Shown: piece by piece, positions 1-11,000 of the stretch
How the letters are laid out: every line of letters begins with the position of its first letter
Numbering within the stretch: position 1 is the first letter of the stretch
Position numbers and translations under genes: made by a program
The notes under the pieces: generated by a model
Told to the model about the DNA's origin: nothing
The model's database searches: none
Seen by the model: the letters and a program-made list of their open reading frames with translations, nothing else
DNA from: a virus
Taxonomy: Duplodnaviria; Caudoviricetes
IMG/VR virus record: IMGVR_UViG_3300025389_001380
Location: 3,818-67,817 of that record
Direction: 5' to 3' (one strand)
Length of the DNA stretch: 64,000 nucleotides

Positions 1-1180
1 TGCCGACTGCGCCTCTGACAATCAAATTGCCGTTAGTGTCCAATCTCATGCGCTCTGTGGTTACTTCTGCTCCAACCGTGCCGGTGAATGTGCTCCATGC
101 CAGACCACCACCGCTGAGAGCACTGACGTTGCCACCGCCATTGTTGTTGTTGACATATTCTGCGCCTCCGCCATTGATGTTATTGGCCACGACAGTGGCC
201 GTGGGATTAACAGTCTGGGTAGTAGCACCAACTTGCAGATTACCGTTGGTAGTGATGCGCATCTGTTCGCTGCCGCTTGTCAAAAACGCCATGGGCAAAT
301 AGGTGCCAGTGCCTCTTATGGCAGATACTAAGCGCATTGCTGTGTTCTGTGCCATCTGCACAGAGGCGACACTACCGTTTCCTGTAGCGATGCTACTGCT
401 GTCTTCCAAGCTCAGCTGTGTGGCTGCTGCACCAGACGTAATGCTGCCGTTCGGAATGAGACTGACCACGGTAAAGCTGTTGGTAGTACTAGTCTGTATC
501 ATCACACGGCTGGCCAAGGTGGCATTGGTAAAATCGCCAGTGATCCTCTGACCCAAGCCTGTGAAATTGAGGTTGCCAGTGGTTATGTTGAGATTGCCGT
601 TGAAATTGTTCTGAGCGCCACCAACGTTGATGTTGCCGGCTATGCCAGCGCCACCGTTCATGATCAGCGCACCAGTCACAGTGGATGTGCTAGCTGTGCT
701 GTTGCCTATGTAGAGATTGCCAACCAACACAGGACCGCTGAGATAGCTGGCCACGTTAACATTGCTGTAAGCGCCACCGCCACCGCTGCCACCGGCTGTT
801 GTTTGGAAAGAGCCGTCTGCGAAGAATATGCCGCTCTGCCCGCTGGCGTTCTGCAGCACTATGTTACCAACATGGTTGGTGGTGCCATACACAGCAAACA
901 CGTTGGTCACACCCAAGCTGCTAGCAGTACCAATGCCTACATTGCCGCCGCTCTGGTTGACGCTGCCAGATACAACAGCACCATTAGCTATGGTCAAACC
1001 TTGCCTAAATCCAGCTGCGACATTGACGTCAAACCCAGTCAATGGAGTTGTAGTTCCTACACCTATGTTTCCTGTAGCAGGAACTATGACCATGCTGCCG
1101 CTGGCAGTGACAGTACCACTGTTGCCAGTGATCATGATCTCATTAGCAGGGTATTGTGTGTTGTTATCCGTGCTGGCCAT
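1..1180 (-). CDS. Tail fibre/virion structural protein, partial (runs off the window start)
   Basis: Not in the ORF track (no stop in window). Read by hand from ATG at 1180: MASTDNNTQYPANEIMITGNSG...GNIGVGTTTP...GIFFADGSFQTTAGG...EQMRITTNGNLQVG. Shares the GNVGIGT and GI-F-DGSFQ motifs with the neighbouring fibre proteins. The + strand ORFs here are its antisense shadows. Confidence 0.85.
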   Translation of the reverse strand, partial: MASTDNNTQYPANEIMITGNSGTVTASGSMVIVPATGNIGVGTTTPLTGFDVNVAAGFRQGLTIANGAVVSGSVNQSGGNVGIGTASSLGVTNVFAVYGTTNHVGNIVLQNASGQSGIFFADGSFQTTAGGSGGGGAYSNVNVASYLSGPVLVGNLYIGNSTASTSTVTGALIMNGGAGIAGNINVGGAQNNFNGNLNITTGNLNFTGLGQRITGDFTNATLASRVMIQTSTTNSFTVVSLIPNGSITSGAAATQLSLEDSSSIATGNGSVASVQMAQNTAMRLVSAIRGTGTYLPMAFLTSGSEQMRITTNGNLQVGATTQTVNPTATVVANNINGGGAEYVNNNNGGGNVSALSGGGLAWSTFTGTVGAEVTTERMRLDTNGNLIVRGAVG

Positions 1181-1229
1181 GCCAGGGAACGGGACAAAAT
1201 CAACCAAGCTCGATCTCCGATTTTGCTGA

Positions 1230-1236
1230 TATTTAG
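1230..1236 (-). promoter_or_regulatory. Late-type promoter CTAAATA
   Basis: TAAATA core (cf. T4 late TATAAATA) in the intergenic gap upstream of the 1180 start; the motif recurs before most structural genes. Confidence 0.6.
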
Positions 1237-1266
1237 TTGAGCCTTGCTGGTGATTCCCTTTATACT
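1237..1266 (+). promoter_or_regulatory. Sigma70-like promoter TTGAGC-N18-TATACT
   Basis: Lies upstream of AGGAG (1275-1279) and ATG 1289. Confidence 0.45.
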
Positions 1267-1288
1267 GCTATCTCAGGAGATTATCATC

Positions 1289-1744
1289 ATGCACATACAC
1301 GAAGTCATGGCAGCAGCAGATTATAGGATGGTAGAAGGCAGGGATTGGCTCTGGGATTTCCTAGGTAGAGACTGCAGAGAGATCATCTTTGAACAGTACG
1401 GTCTACACGAGAGCGATGAGCATTTCCCAGTCAGTGCTGTGTTCCACTGTGCTACTGGTACAGTGCGGCAGCTGACCGTGGAGACTGAGAATCAAGTGCA
1501 CAGATGGATCGATCCCGAGTGTGAACCTGGATACGTGCTGGCTTGCAGTGACATAGGCGAGAAACCATTCCGAGAACCTGGTGTAACTTGGACGCGCGAT
1601 GCTGCTGAGATACTGGGCAGGATAAGACCAGCTCTGCATCCTGAACGCCGTCCAGATGACACAGATGAGAGCTATCGCTGGGAAGGCAGCGAGCTTGAGA
1701 TGATCACCGAGAACATGCCCGGTGACATCAGCATAAATCCCTGA
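1289..1744 (+). CDS. Hypothetical protein (151 aa)
   Basis: Track ORF 1244..1744; start moved to ATG 1289, which follows an AGGAG SD. Confidence 0.75.
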   Translation: MHIHEVMAAADYRMVEGRDWLWDFLGRDCREIIFEQYGLHESDEHFPVSAVFHCATGTVRQLTVETENQVHRWIDPECEPGYVLACSDIGEKPFREPGVTWTRDAAEILGRIRPALHPERRPDDTDESYRWEGSELEMITENMPGDISINP

Positions 1745-1749
1745 TTGAG

Positions 1750-4700
1750 TTAAGCCTGTGCTTCTTGCCAGCTAAGTCGTGCTTGGATCTGCTGGCTGCT
1801 TGGGTTCAAGCTCTGGCACACAACCGTTAGCACGTCTGGACCGTCTGGATAGACCTGCTGTCCAGCTGTGTTGTTCTGTCCACCGCCCAGTATGCTGTTA
1901 CCCAGATCGCGCACAGGCGTTAGGTCAAACGGCGTGTCGTTGTAACCAGTACCACCACCAGCAGTGACGAAGAACGCGAAGATCGATTCACCACCGTTGA
2001 TCAGCGTGCCCACTGGATGGTAAGCAACCTGCGCCAAGCTTGATCCGCCTACCTGTTGGAATGTGCTAGGCACACCAGCTGGAGGCAACACGATGCCGTT
2101 CAGCACCAGGTTGATGAGGAACACGCCGTTGGTGATCACGTCCATAGCGAACGGTTGCAGCTGCATGTGGTTGATCAGTTCCTTGGTACCCAGGGTACCA
2201 CCCTGACCAGCCTGCACGCTGGGGCTGATGCGGATGCTCATCAATGCAGCCCTTTGGTTAGCGCCAACTGACAGTGGTGCCACCATGCCCGCGATGAAGA
2301 TATAGCTCTTATCGTTGTCGTACTTGCCGTCCATGATAGCGCTGGTTCCCCAGTGCGATATCTGCGGTGTGAAGAACGGCGCATGCATCTGTATGCCTAT
2401 GGGCTGCGTTGCGCTATAGGTATGCGACACGTTGGGATTGGCCATGGCATAGGTGGTGAGCGTGATGCTGCCCGTAGCAGTGGGAGCTTGGTTCAGCGTG
2501 ATGGTGTTGGGTGAACCATATGTCATCTTCTGTATGTAGGTGTTATTCAATATGCCTGTACCCGACACATACATGCCTGGTTGTATACCGTTGTTATATA
2601 GACTGGTCGACGTGGTCACGTTACAGTTACCGCTAAACGTGCTAACTGAAGCAATGCTTCCAGCTGTTTGACCACGGATGGTCACGTTAAAGCTGGTAGG
2701 CGTAGTAGTGTCGTACTGCACGTATTCTTGGTTGTTGTAGTCCTTGATCAGCAGTATGCCACCAGTTGACGGGAATGCAGCTGTGTTTGCTACGTTCAAC
2801 GTGGTCGCGTTGTTGGCAAAGGTCGCTGTGAGCTGCGTCTCTGGGACTTCGTTGTTGACTTCATAGTGGGCAGGCAAGTTACCTGAACGCATGTAGCTTA
2901 GATACTGCACGTTGTTGTGCTGCAGCTTGTGCGCATAGTATATCTGACCGTCAACAGTGCGCACGCCCCAGCGCACGAAACCTGCACCATACCAGCTGTA
3001 GTCTATGTACCACATCTGTATCTTGGTGAGGTCGATGGCATAACCACTCGGTCCTGTACCATCCAATCGGTCGATGTTGAACTGGTTCTGCGGTATCCTG
3101 TTGTCTTGTATCTTGCTGACCTGAGCCTGGCTGATGCTGGCACCGCGATAGGGAGGCGTTATGGTCATCGTGGTGTTGCTCAGTATCTGCAGCACCCTGT
3201 AGGTTTGGCCGCGTATCACTATGTAATCGCTTGGTTCCAACTGTGTAGCAAATGAAGTCGTAGCACCATCTGGGCCTGTTATGCCAGTTACTGTGCTACT
3301 GCCCTGAGTCACGCTGACATAACCGCCAATCTGCTGAGTGCTGCTGCGACGCACTGCGTACAGCACCTGACCGTCAAATTCCCAGAACAGGCCGTTTTGC
3401 TGTTCAAACAGACCAGTGCGCACCTTGCTGCCATACCATGCGTTTGGTCCAAATCCAGGTATACCAGTGCAGGTCGTGCTGGCCAGCACATTGCTGGCAT
3501 AGACGTTTACCGTGTAGGCATCTGGTGTCTGCTGTATGATATAGGTTCCTGCATAACCAGTGGGTATGCCGTTGGGGTTGGTAACTCCCAAACCAGTACT
3601 GATAGTCGCAGTGTTGCCGATATAGATGTTGGCACCTGCGCTGAGATAGTGTGCAGTCTTAGTCTTGATAGTGATTAAAGCACCGATACCTGTGGTGTTG
3701 GCAGTGATGCTGTCCACGGGGATCTGCGGTTTGAAGATCGTACCCGTGCTCATCTGGATGCCCTTACCAGACTGATAGCGGAAGTAACGTCGTGTTTGGC
3801 GTATCACGCTCACGTTGTGCGACACGGGATTGCCTGTGGTAAAGAACACGCCACCGTCAAACGCCCTGTGGCTGATCACTATGTCAGTACGCGGTACAAC
3901 GTTGGCCACGTTTGAGCCTGTGGCAGGAGTTGCATTTAACAGCACTGTCACGTTGCTGTCATTGGTGAAGCCAGTTACAGTCCAAGAACCATTGAATGTG
4001 GCAACGTTGCTGTTGCTGACCATGATGCCGTTGCCAACCTGCAAGCCATGCGGCTGAGCAAAGCTGAAAGTTGCTTGGTTACCGGAGAAGGTGATGTTGC
4101 TCACGCTGCCGTTGAGAACATATTGGCTGTTGGTATAAAGTGCGCCTTGGTAAGCTGTGGTCGCGCTGGGATTGAACACGCTGCCTGTGGTTCCAGTATA
4201 CTGGACGCGAGCATTGGCAACCAAACCATTTCCGTACTGGTTGGTGTTCTCAATTATGAAGCTGCCGTTGGCACCGGAGAAGTTGGTATCCTGGATGTAC
4301 ATGGTTTGACCAGGGACAGGCAGTGGTTGGTTCTGCCAGTACCAAATGCCGGTGGCTGCGTTGATAACGTTAGAAACCAAAGTCAAGCTGGTATCACTGT
4401 TGATAGCAGCCACCTGTCCCACTGTTTGGTAGGTGCTATTGTAGATGTAGAAGCCGGTCAACAGCTGTTGCGTGAACACTGTGTTAGTGCCAGTGATGGT
4501 GTTACCTGAACTGGTCACAGTACCAGAACCCACTGTGTAACCAACGTTTACAGCAAACAAGGTGCTGTTATTGATAGCCAACACGTCAGTGACGTTCAAT
4601 GGCGTCTGAAAGTTCACGTAGTAGCTGGGCTTGTTGTTTGTTAGACCCACGGTTTCCCACTTGGTTGGCTGTAGACCGTATTCAAAGTCAGTATCGATCA

Positions 4701-5052
4701 GTGCCTGCGGCTCGCTTACCCTGCTCTTGCCCACAGGGTCCAGCTGCGTTTCAAATGGTGTTACGTAATCCTGCTGCTCATCAACAAGGATTTGTAGCTG
4801 ATCAGTGCTCTTGAAATTGCTGCCAGTGGTGTTGTATGCCACGGTTATCAGGGTGTTCACGCTGCCAGGATTGCTTGCATAATCATATGCAAAGGTAGCC
4901 AGCAAGTTGGCATCGCTGAAATTGTAGATGACAGTGTTGTTGGTCACGTCTGTGATCAGCAACAACCTCTGCTGTGCTATGTAACCTGGTATGGTTATCA
5001 GCTTGGCGGCCGGGGTGAAAGTGTAATATACCTGTGGTGTTACCCTACGCAT
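1750..5052 (-). CDS. Virion structural protein (T4-like/cyanophage-type, 1100 aa)
   Basis: Motifs PQALIDTDFEYGLQPTKWE, QTRRYFRYQSGKG, YIDYSWYGAG, YMRSGNLP and SHWGTSAIMDG, which I recognise from large myovirus structural proteins; AGGAG SD. Confidence 0.75.
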   Translation of the reverse strand: MRRVTPQVYYTFTPAAKLITIPGYIAQQRLLLITDVTNNTVIYNFSDANLLATFAYDYASNPGSVNTLITVAYNTTGSNFKSTDQLQILVDEQQDYVTPFETQLDPVGKSRVSEPQALIDTDFEYGLQPTKWETVGLTNNKPSYYVNFQTPLNVTDVLAINNSTLFAVNVGYTVGSGTVTSSGNTITGTNTVFTQQLLTGFYIYNSTYQTVGQVAAINSDTSLTLVSNVINAATGIWYWQNQPLPVPGQTMYIQDTNFSGANGSFIIENTNQYGNGLVANARVQYTGTTGSVFNPSATTAYQGALYTNSQYVLNGSVSNITFSGNQATFSFAQPHGLQVGNGIMVSNSNVATFNGSWTVTGFTNDSNVTVLLNATPATGSNVANVVPRTDIVISHRAFDGGVFFTTGNPVSHNVSVIRQTRRYFRYQSGKGIQMSTGTIFKPQIPVDSITANTTGIGALITIKTKTAHYLSAGANIYIGNTATISTGLGVTNPNGIPTGYAGTYIIQQTPDAYTVNVYASNVLASTTCTGIPGFGPNAWYGSKVRTGLFEQQNGLFWEFDGQVLYAVRRSSTQQIGGYVSVTQGSSTVTGITGPDGATTSFATQLEPSDYIVIRGQTYRVLQILSNTTMTITPPYRGASISQAQVSKIQDNRIPQNQFNIDRLDGTGPSGYAIDLTKIQMWYIDYSWYGAGFVRWGVRTVDGQIYYAHKLQHNNVQYLSYMRSGNLPAHYEVNNEVPETQLTATFANNATTLNVANTAAFPSTGGILLIKDYNNQEYVQYDTTTPTSFNVTIRGQTAGSIASVSTFSGNCNVTTSTSLYNNGIQPGMYVSGTGILNNTYIQKMTYGSPNTITLNQAPTATGSITLTTYAMANPNVSHTYSATQPIGIQMHAPFFTPQISHWGTSAIMDGKYDNDKSYIFIAGMVAPLSVGANQRAALMSIRISPSVQAGQGGTLGTKELINHMQLQPFAMDVITNGVFLINLVLNGIVLPPAGVPSTFQQVGGSSLAQVAYHPVGTLINGGESIFAFFVTAGGGTGYNDTPFDLTPVRDLGNSILGGGQNNTAGQQVYPDGPDVLTVVCQSLNPSSQQIQARLSWQEAQA

Positions 5053-5073
5053 CGTGCTCTCCTAACGCCCCCA

Positions 5074-8000
5074 TCAGTCTGCCATCGCCACGTTTAGCGC
5101 TTTGAATGGATATGTCACATTGTTGTTAATTGGTGTCACATTTGTGAGAATGCGACCGCTGAAATCCTGCTGCTGTGACGGCGCGCGGGCAAATGTTATG
5201 GTGTTTCCGTTGGTCAGCTTATAACCCCTGTTGAATATCGTCACTTCATTCAGATCCACTAAGTCAGGCAGCGTGATGAACGGTGCCAACACCGCGCCAC
5301 CAACTGCGATCAGCAGCTGCTGAGGTGTTGCGATATTTATGTTAGTAGAACCAATGCTGAGATTGAAACTTGTGGTGATACCATCAAATGCCGTGCTTAT
5401 GTCGTTCAAGACCAAGACTCTATTGGCAGTTGTTTGGAAAGTGCCATCTGGGAACACCAATGCTCCGCCGATGTTCACGTTGCCGCTGATGTTGCTGGCT
5501 CCGGAAATCGCTAGGTTGCCAGTGGCTGACAAGTTGCCTGCGAAAGATCCTGCGCCGCCAAATGTACCCGCTCCACCAAAGGTACCTGCTCCGCCAAAGC
5601 TGCCGTAACCTGTAACGTTGACATTGTTGTTGAACACTGCAGCATTGTTGACCGTCAGCGTGCCGCCTGCTGAGATGTTGCCAGCAAACACAGCACCATC
5701 CTGGCTTACCAACATGGCTGATCCACCAGCTGGTTTGAATATGTTGACGTTGCCGTAGAAGTTGCTGTTGCCAACTACCACGAAAGCTTGGTTGTTGTTG
5801 GTGGTTCCGATGCCCACGTTTCCAGTGAATATGTCACCGCTCCTGCGCACAACGTCGCCTATGGCAAAGGTCATGCTGCTGACGATCTCCACGTTGGCAC
5901 CAGCTGACAGCCCATTGACCAGGTTAACTGTGCTGCCGTCAGTGGCTGTGAAGTCTGTGAGATAAACCAGCTTGATACCGTTGACATAGACATCAACATA
6001 ACCAGGAGCATATGGTCCGTTGCTGAGGAAGGTGCTTTGGCCACCGCTGGCCACATACAGCGCTCTGCGCTGCGTAGCTAGTCCGCCTATGGTGCTACCC
6101 TGTATCCAACCCTGGAACTGCAGCACGCTGCCCACGTCTGGCGGCACTACAAACTGTACCGTTGCACCATCTGTAGCAAGGAAATCATAGCCGCTGATCA
6201 GCTTGACACCGTTGCTGTACACGTCAATGTAGCCAGGAGTGTAAGCAAATCCTGCGTTGTATGACGTGACGTTTGGCACTGTAACCAACAGGGTGTTGTT
6301 GCCTTGTACCTGAGTGGTACCTCCGCTATTCCAACCGGTCAGCTGTACGATAGATCCTATCTGAGGTGCAGCAGCAAAGTTGACATTGGTCCCATCATTG
6401 GCCGTGTAATCGTAACCCTGCACCAGCTTGACACCGTTGAGGAACACGTTGAGATATCCAGGAGCGTAGGTGAATCCTGCGCTGTACATGGTAACCCCTG
6501 CAGTGGTCACGTTGAAGATGTTGCTGCCGCTGATGGCATATCCCGTTGGAGCCAGCGCAGCAGTTACCGTTATCTTGATCTCAACTCTAGCATATTGCGG
6601 AGCACCCACTGCCAGCACTATGTTGGTGCCCACCCAGCTGTATGTTGATATGCGCTGATACACACCGTTGACGAACACCATGGTGAGATTGAGACCGCCA
6701 CCGCCGATGGTGTATGGATACACGCTGAACGTGGTCTGGCCTGCTGTAGCAGTGAACGTGAATGTCTGTATGTTGGTGTTGGAGCTGAGCTGGAGTGCAC
6801 TGTTGAGGAAGGTACCATCTGCAAACACGATACCGTTGTTCTGACCGGTGCTGTCTCCGATGTGAACGTTGCCCCAAACGTCTAATGGATATGCAGGATA
6901 ACTGGTTCCTATACCAACTGCACCAAGGTTAGCGTTGTATACGAAGTTGTTGTTGCCGCCAAACACACCATTGTTGTTGAACTGTATGTCGGTGTTGTAA
7001 CCGCCAGGTGTGCCACCACCCATGCTGGCTGTGTACTGATAAGAACCATCAGGGAAGAATATGCCAACGTTTCCGCTGGTGCCAGTACCTTGCAACACCA
7101 GATTGCCATAGAGATTGGTGCTGCCATAAACGCTGAGCACGTTAGCAGTTACGCCTGTGCTGCTGGTCGTGCCTATGCCAACATTACCGCCTAGGGTGCT
7201 GGTAGTACCACTGGCGATGTTTAGGTTACCAGCTGCGCCTATACCGCCGCCTACTACCAGTGCACCAGTGATGCTGCTGATGCTGGCATTGGTGCTGTTT
7301 ATGGTAACGTTCTGACCAAACACTCCGTATATGTTGCTGATCAGCGCGTTTACTGTAGCAGTCCCTGCGCTTTGTATGGTACCGTTGCTGTAGACGTTTC
7401 CAGCGTATGCCGTACCTGCTATGTTGAGGTTAGCTCCGCTGATGTTGGCATTGCTTATGAGACTGCCAACTGTCACAGTCCCGGCTGCTTGTATGGTGCT
7501 GTTGCTGGTTATCGCACTACCAATGATGGTACCGTTGCTGTTGAGCCCGCCTGCGGTTATGTTGCCAGCTGCCTGTATGAATGTATTGCTATAAAGACCA
7601 TTTACTGTGGCTATACCTGCAGCCTGTATGGCAGTATTACTGATCAACGCATTGACTGTGGCCGTACCAGCTGCCTGTATGGCGCTGTTGCTGGTTATGC
7701 TGCTGCCAACTATGGCTCCGTTGCTGTTTAGTGACGCAGCTGTGAATGCGCCTCCCTGCACGAATCCATTGCTGTAGATGTTGTTGAACGTGGCAGTGCC
7801 TGCGCCCTGGATGGTGCTGTTGCTGTTGATAGCCGCAGCGGTCAACGTGCCAGATGCTTGAACGAATCCATTGCTGTAGATGTTGGCACCAACCACTGTT
7901 CCGTTGCTGTTCATGCTGGCAAATGTAGCCGCACCAGCGCTCTGGATCACTGTGTTGCTGTACAGGGCATTCACCGTGGCTGTGCCAGCGCTCTGCATGG

Positions 8001-11000
8001 TGCTGTTGCTGTTTACTGTCCCACCTACCACTTCACCTATGGCATGCACGAAAGTGTTGCTCTTGAGTGCATTACCGGTGATGGTTCCTATGGCATGTAT
8101 GTTGAGATTGCTATAGAGTTCACCTACTTGCGCAACACCAAAGCTCTGTATGGTGCTGTTACTGGTTATCGCACCTGCTACAACATTGCCGGTAACTAGG
8201 AGATTGCCAAAGATACCACCTTGCAAGGTTACAGGCACTGTTATGTCTGCATATGTTGGAGCAAAAGTAGCCACTATGTTGCTGGCCATCAAGCCACCAG
8301 CAACCAGTCTCAGCACCGTGCTTGGAGTAGCAGTGCCAACCACGAGGTTACCACCATTGTAGCCCGATTGCGCAGCATTGCCCACGCCTATGAGATAGCC
8401 GTCGTTGGCATATTGGCTGGTCTGACCGGCGTTGACAGCGTCAAATGCGCTGCCGTTGATGCCCATGTCTATGTAATATGCGGTGTCGCTGCCATTATCT
8501 GCTGTGGCTATGTAATCGCTGCTGGCATTGGTGCCGCTGCTGATATTTTCTAAATTGACCTGCACATAGCTGTTGCTGTTACCACTGAATTCTACGATGT
8601 TGTTTGGCAGAACGCTGAAGCCGCTGGGCAAGCCAGCATACAGAGCACCAAATCCAGTGATAGTGTCGCCAAAGAAGCTGGCGCTGTTGGCATAGACATT
8701 ACCAGCAGTTAGTGAACCCTGCAGATGCACGTTGCCGCCTATGCCAACACCGCCTGCTACCTGCAGCGCGCCTGTGTTGTAATCCAGCGTTGGTGTGGTA
8801 TCAGTTATCAGCACATTGCCGTTGATGACAAGGTTACCGCCTATAGTAGCAGCACCATTGCTCTGGAAAGTCTGTGTGGTAGTAAGACCTGCTGCCTGTA
8901 TGAAAGTGTTGGACGTGAGGCTGTTGACGACAACACCGTTGGTCACCTGCAGCGTGCTGGCGCTGACAGATGTGTTGCTAACCAAAGCGTTTACAGTAGC
9001 AGTGCCTGCTGATTGTATGGTGCTATTGCTGGTTAAAGCTGCTACAACCGCATTACCGCTGGACTGTATGCTGGTGTTGCTGACCAGCGCATTGACTATG
9101 GCTGTGGCACCAACGTTCAAGCCCGCCGTGGTTGCTATCTGATCCCCAGCATTTATGGCACCGCCAACTCCTAATCCACCGCTGCCAAATATGGTGATAG
9201 CACCAGTACCGCTGCTAATGCTGGCAGTCTGTCCTGCAGCATTGATGTTGCCAGCTATGAAACCGCCATAGGTAAGACCTGCTTGGTTCCAATCAACTGT
9301 TAGATTTGGCTCATTGGTCGCTGTGTCAAAGACTGTCCATGCGCCGTTGATGTAGTCTCTTACCACGCCTGTGTAATAGCGCTGGCTGGTGTTATAGCTG
9401 CCTACGATACCGAGATCCCATACATCGCCAGGATTGGTATTGGCCACGAATATTATCGGCGCAGTGACGTTGAGCTTGTCGCTGCTCACAGATACGATGT
9501 TACCGCCCACGTAGAGGTTACCACTGACGTAGGCATTACCAGCAATGCTGGTGTTGCCTGTGACACGCAGTCCGCCTGCCGTGGCCACCAAACCATTGCC
9601 TGCGGTTACCGTGGTATTGCTATATAGAGCATTTACAGTAGCAGTACCAGCGCTCTGGATGGTGTTGTTGCTGACGATGTCTTGGCCAACTATGGTACCA
9701 CTGGCACCTAGAGTTTGCGTGCTTATGTCTGTGTTGCTGATGATCAGCTGAGCTTGCGCTGTGCCATTGACATTTAATGATCCGGCATAGAGATTGTTAG
9801 TGACGTTAGCACTGGCAGCATTGACATTGGTGTTACTAGTCAGAGAATTGACCGTGACACCTCCTATGGCCTGTATGCTGGTGTTGCTGATCAGGCTGTT
9901 GACCTGTGCTACAGTCTGGGTGTTCAAGGTATTGGTGGTAATATTGTTGTTGCTGATCATATCGCTGAGATAGGCCTCAGAAGTCACATTCAACAGATTG
10001 GTGGTTATGTTAGTGTTGACGATGAGGTTAGCAAAGGTGCTAGTACCCGTAATCTGTAGATTAGAACCGCTAATAAGAGTATTACTAAACAGTGCGTTTA
10101 CTGTAGCTGTGCCGGCTGCTTGTATGGTACTGTTGCTGGTTACCGCACCTACTTGAACATTGCCGTAAGCGTTGAGAGTACCTGCGGTGATGTTGGTGTT
10201 GCTGACGATGTCGCTGGCAATTACTCTACCACCCGACTGTATACCAGCGTTGGATATTAGATAACCAACATCTGCTTCATTGGCTACGCTGATGTTGCTG
10301 CGGAAGCTGCTGTTACCAACCACATCTAGTGGGCTGTCTGGATAGTAGGTTCCTATGCCTACCTTCCCGCTGACTATGAGACCATCAGTTGGAGCAGCAA
10401 ACACTCCACCGTATGGAGTACCTATGGCTGTGCCGCCGCCAACGTCTAGCGTGTTAACAGGAATGGTTATACCGCCTATGCCAGTACCAATCTTGGTAAC
10501 AATAATGTTGGTAGTGCTGGCACCCGCAGCTGCCAGATAACCGTAGGCTGGTTGTGTACCGCTGTTGAAACCAACGACTGCACCGTTAGCAGCTGTGTTG
10601 CCAACTATCAGTTGTTGGTCGCTGCCATTAGTAGTGTTGAACAGTGCAGGGCTGCTGCCATACACAGATAGAGTGTTGTTAACTGCGGTAGTGCCTATAC
10701 CTAGGCTGCTGGTAGTATAGTTGAACAGGAAGTTGTTCTGGCCAGCGAAAGATCCGTTGCGATTAAACTGAACATATTCATCAAAACCAGCTGCTGAACT
10801 GCCAGCTGAGCTCTGCTGGAAGCTGCCGTCTGGGAAGAATATACCTGTACCGAAGCTGGCTACGTTGAGGTTACCCCCTGCAATCGTCAGCTGATCGCCG
10901 ATCTTGATGTTGCTGGTGCCTATGCCCAGCCTGCCATAGAACACGTTGGTGTTGCCATACCCAACCAAGTTGCCAGTTATGGTGGCATTGCCGTCTGCAT

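Noticed and set aside
27-1240. Plus-strand ORFs 27..302, 303..551, 803..1240 and 828..1229
   Set aside because: Antisense shadows of the minus-strand fibre gene (1-1180); their P/L/V-rich composition is what reverse-reading Gly/Asn/Thr codons gives.
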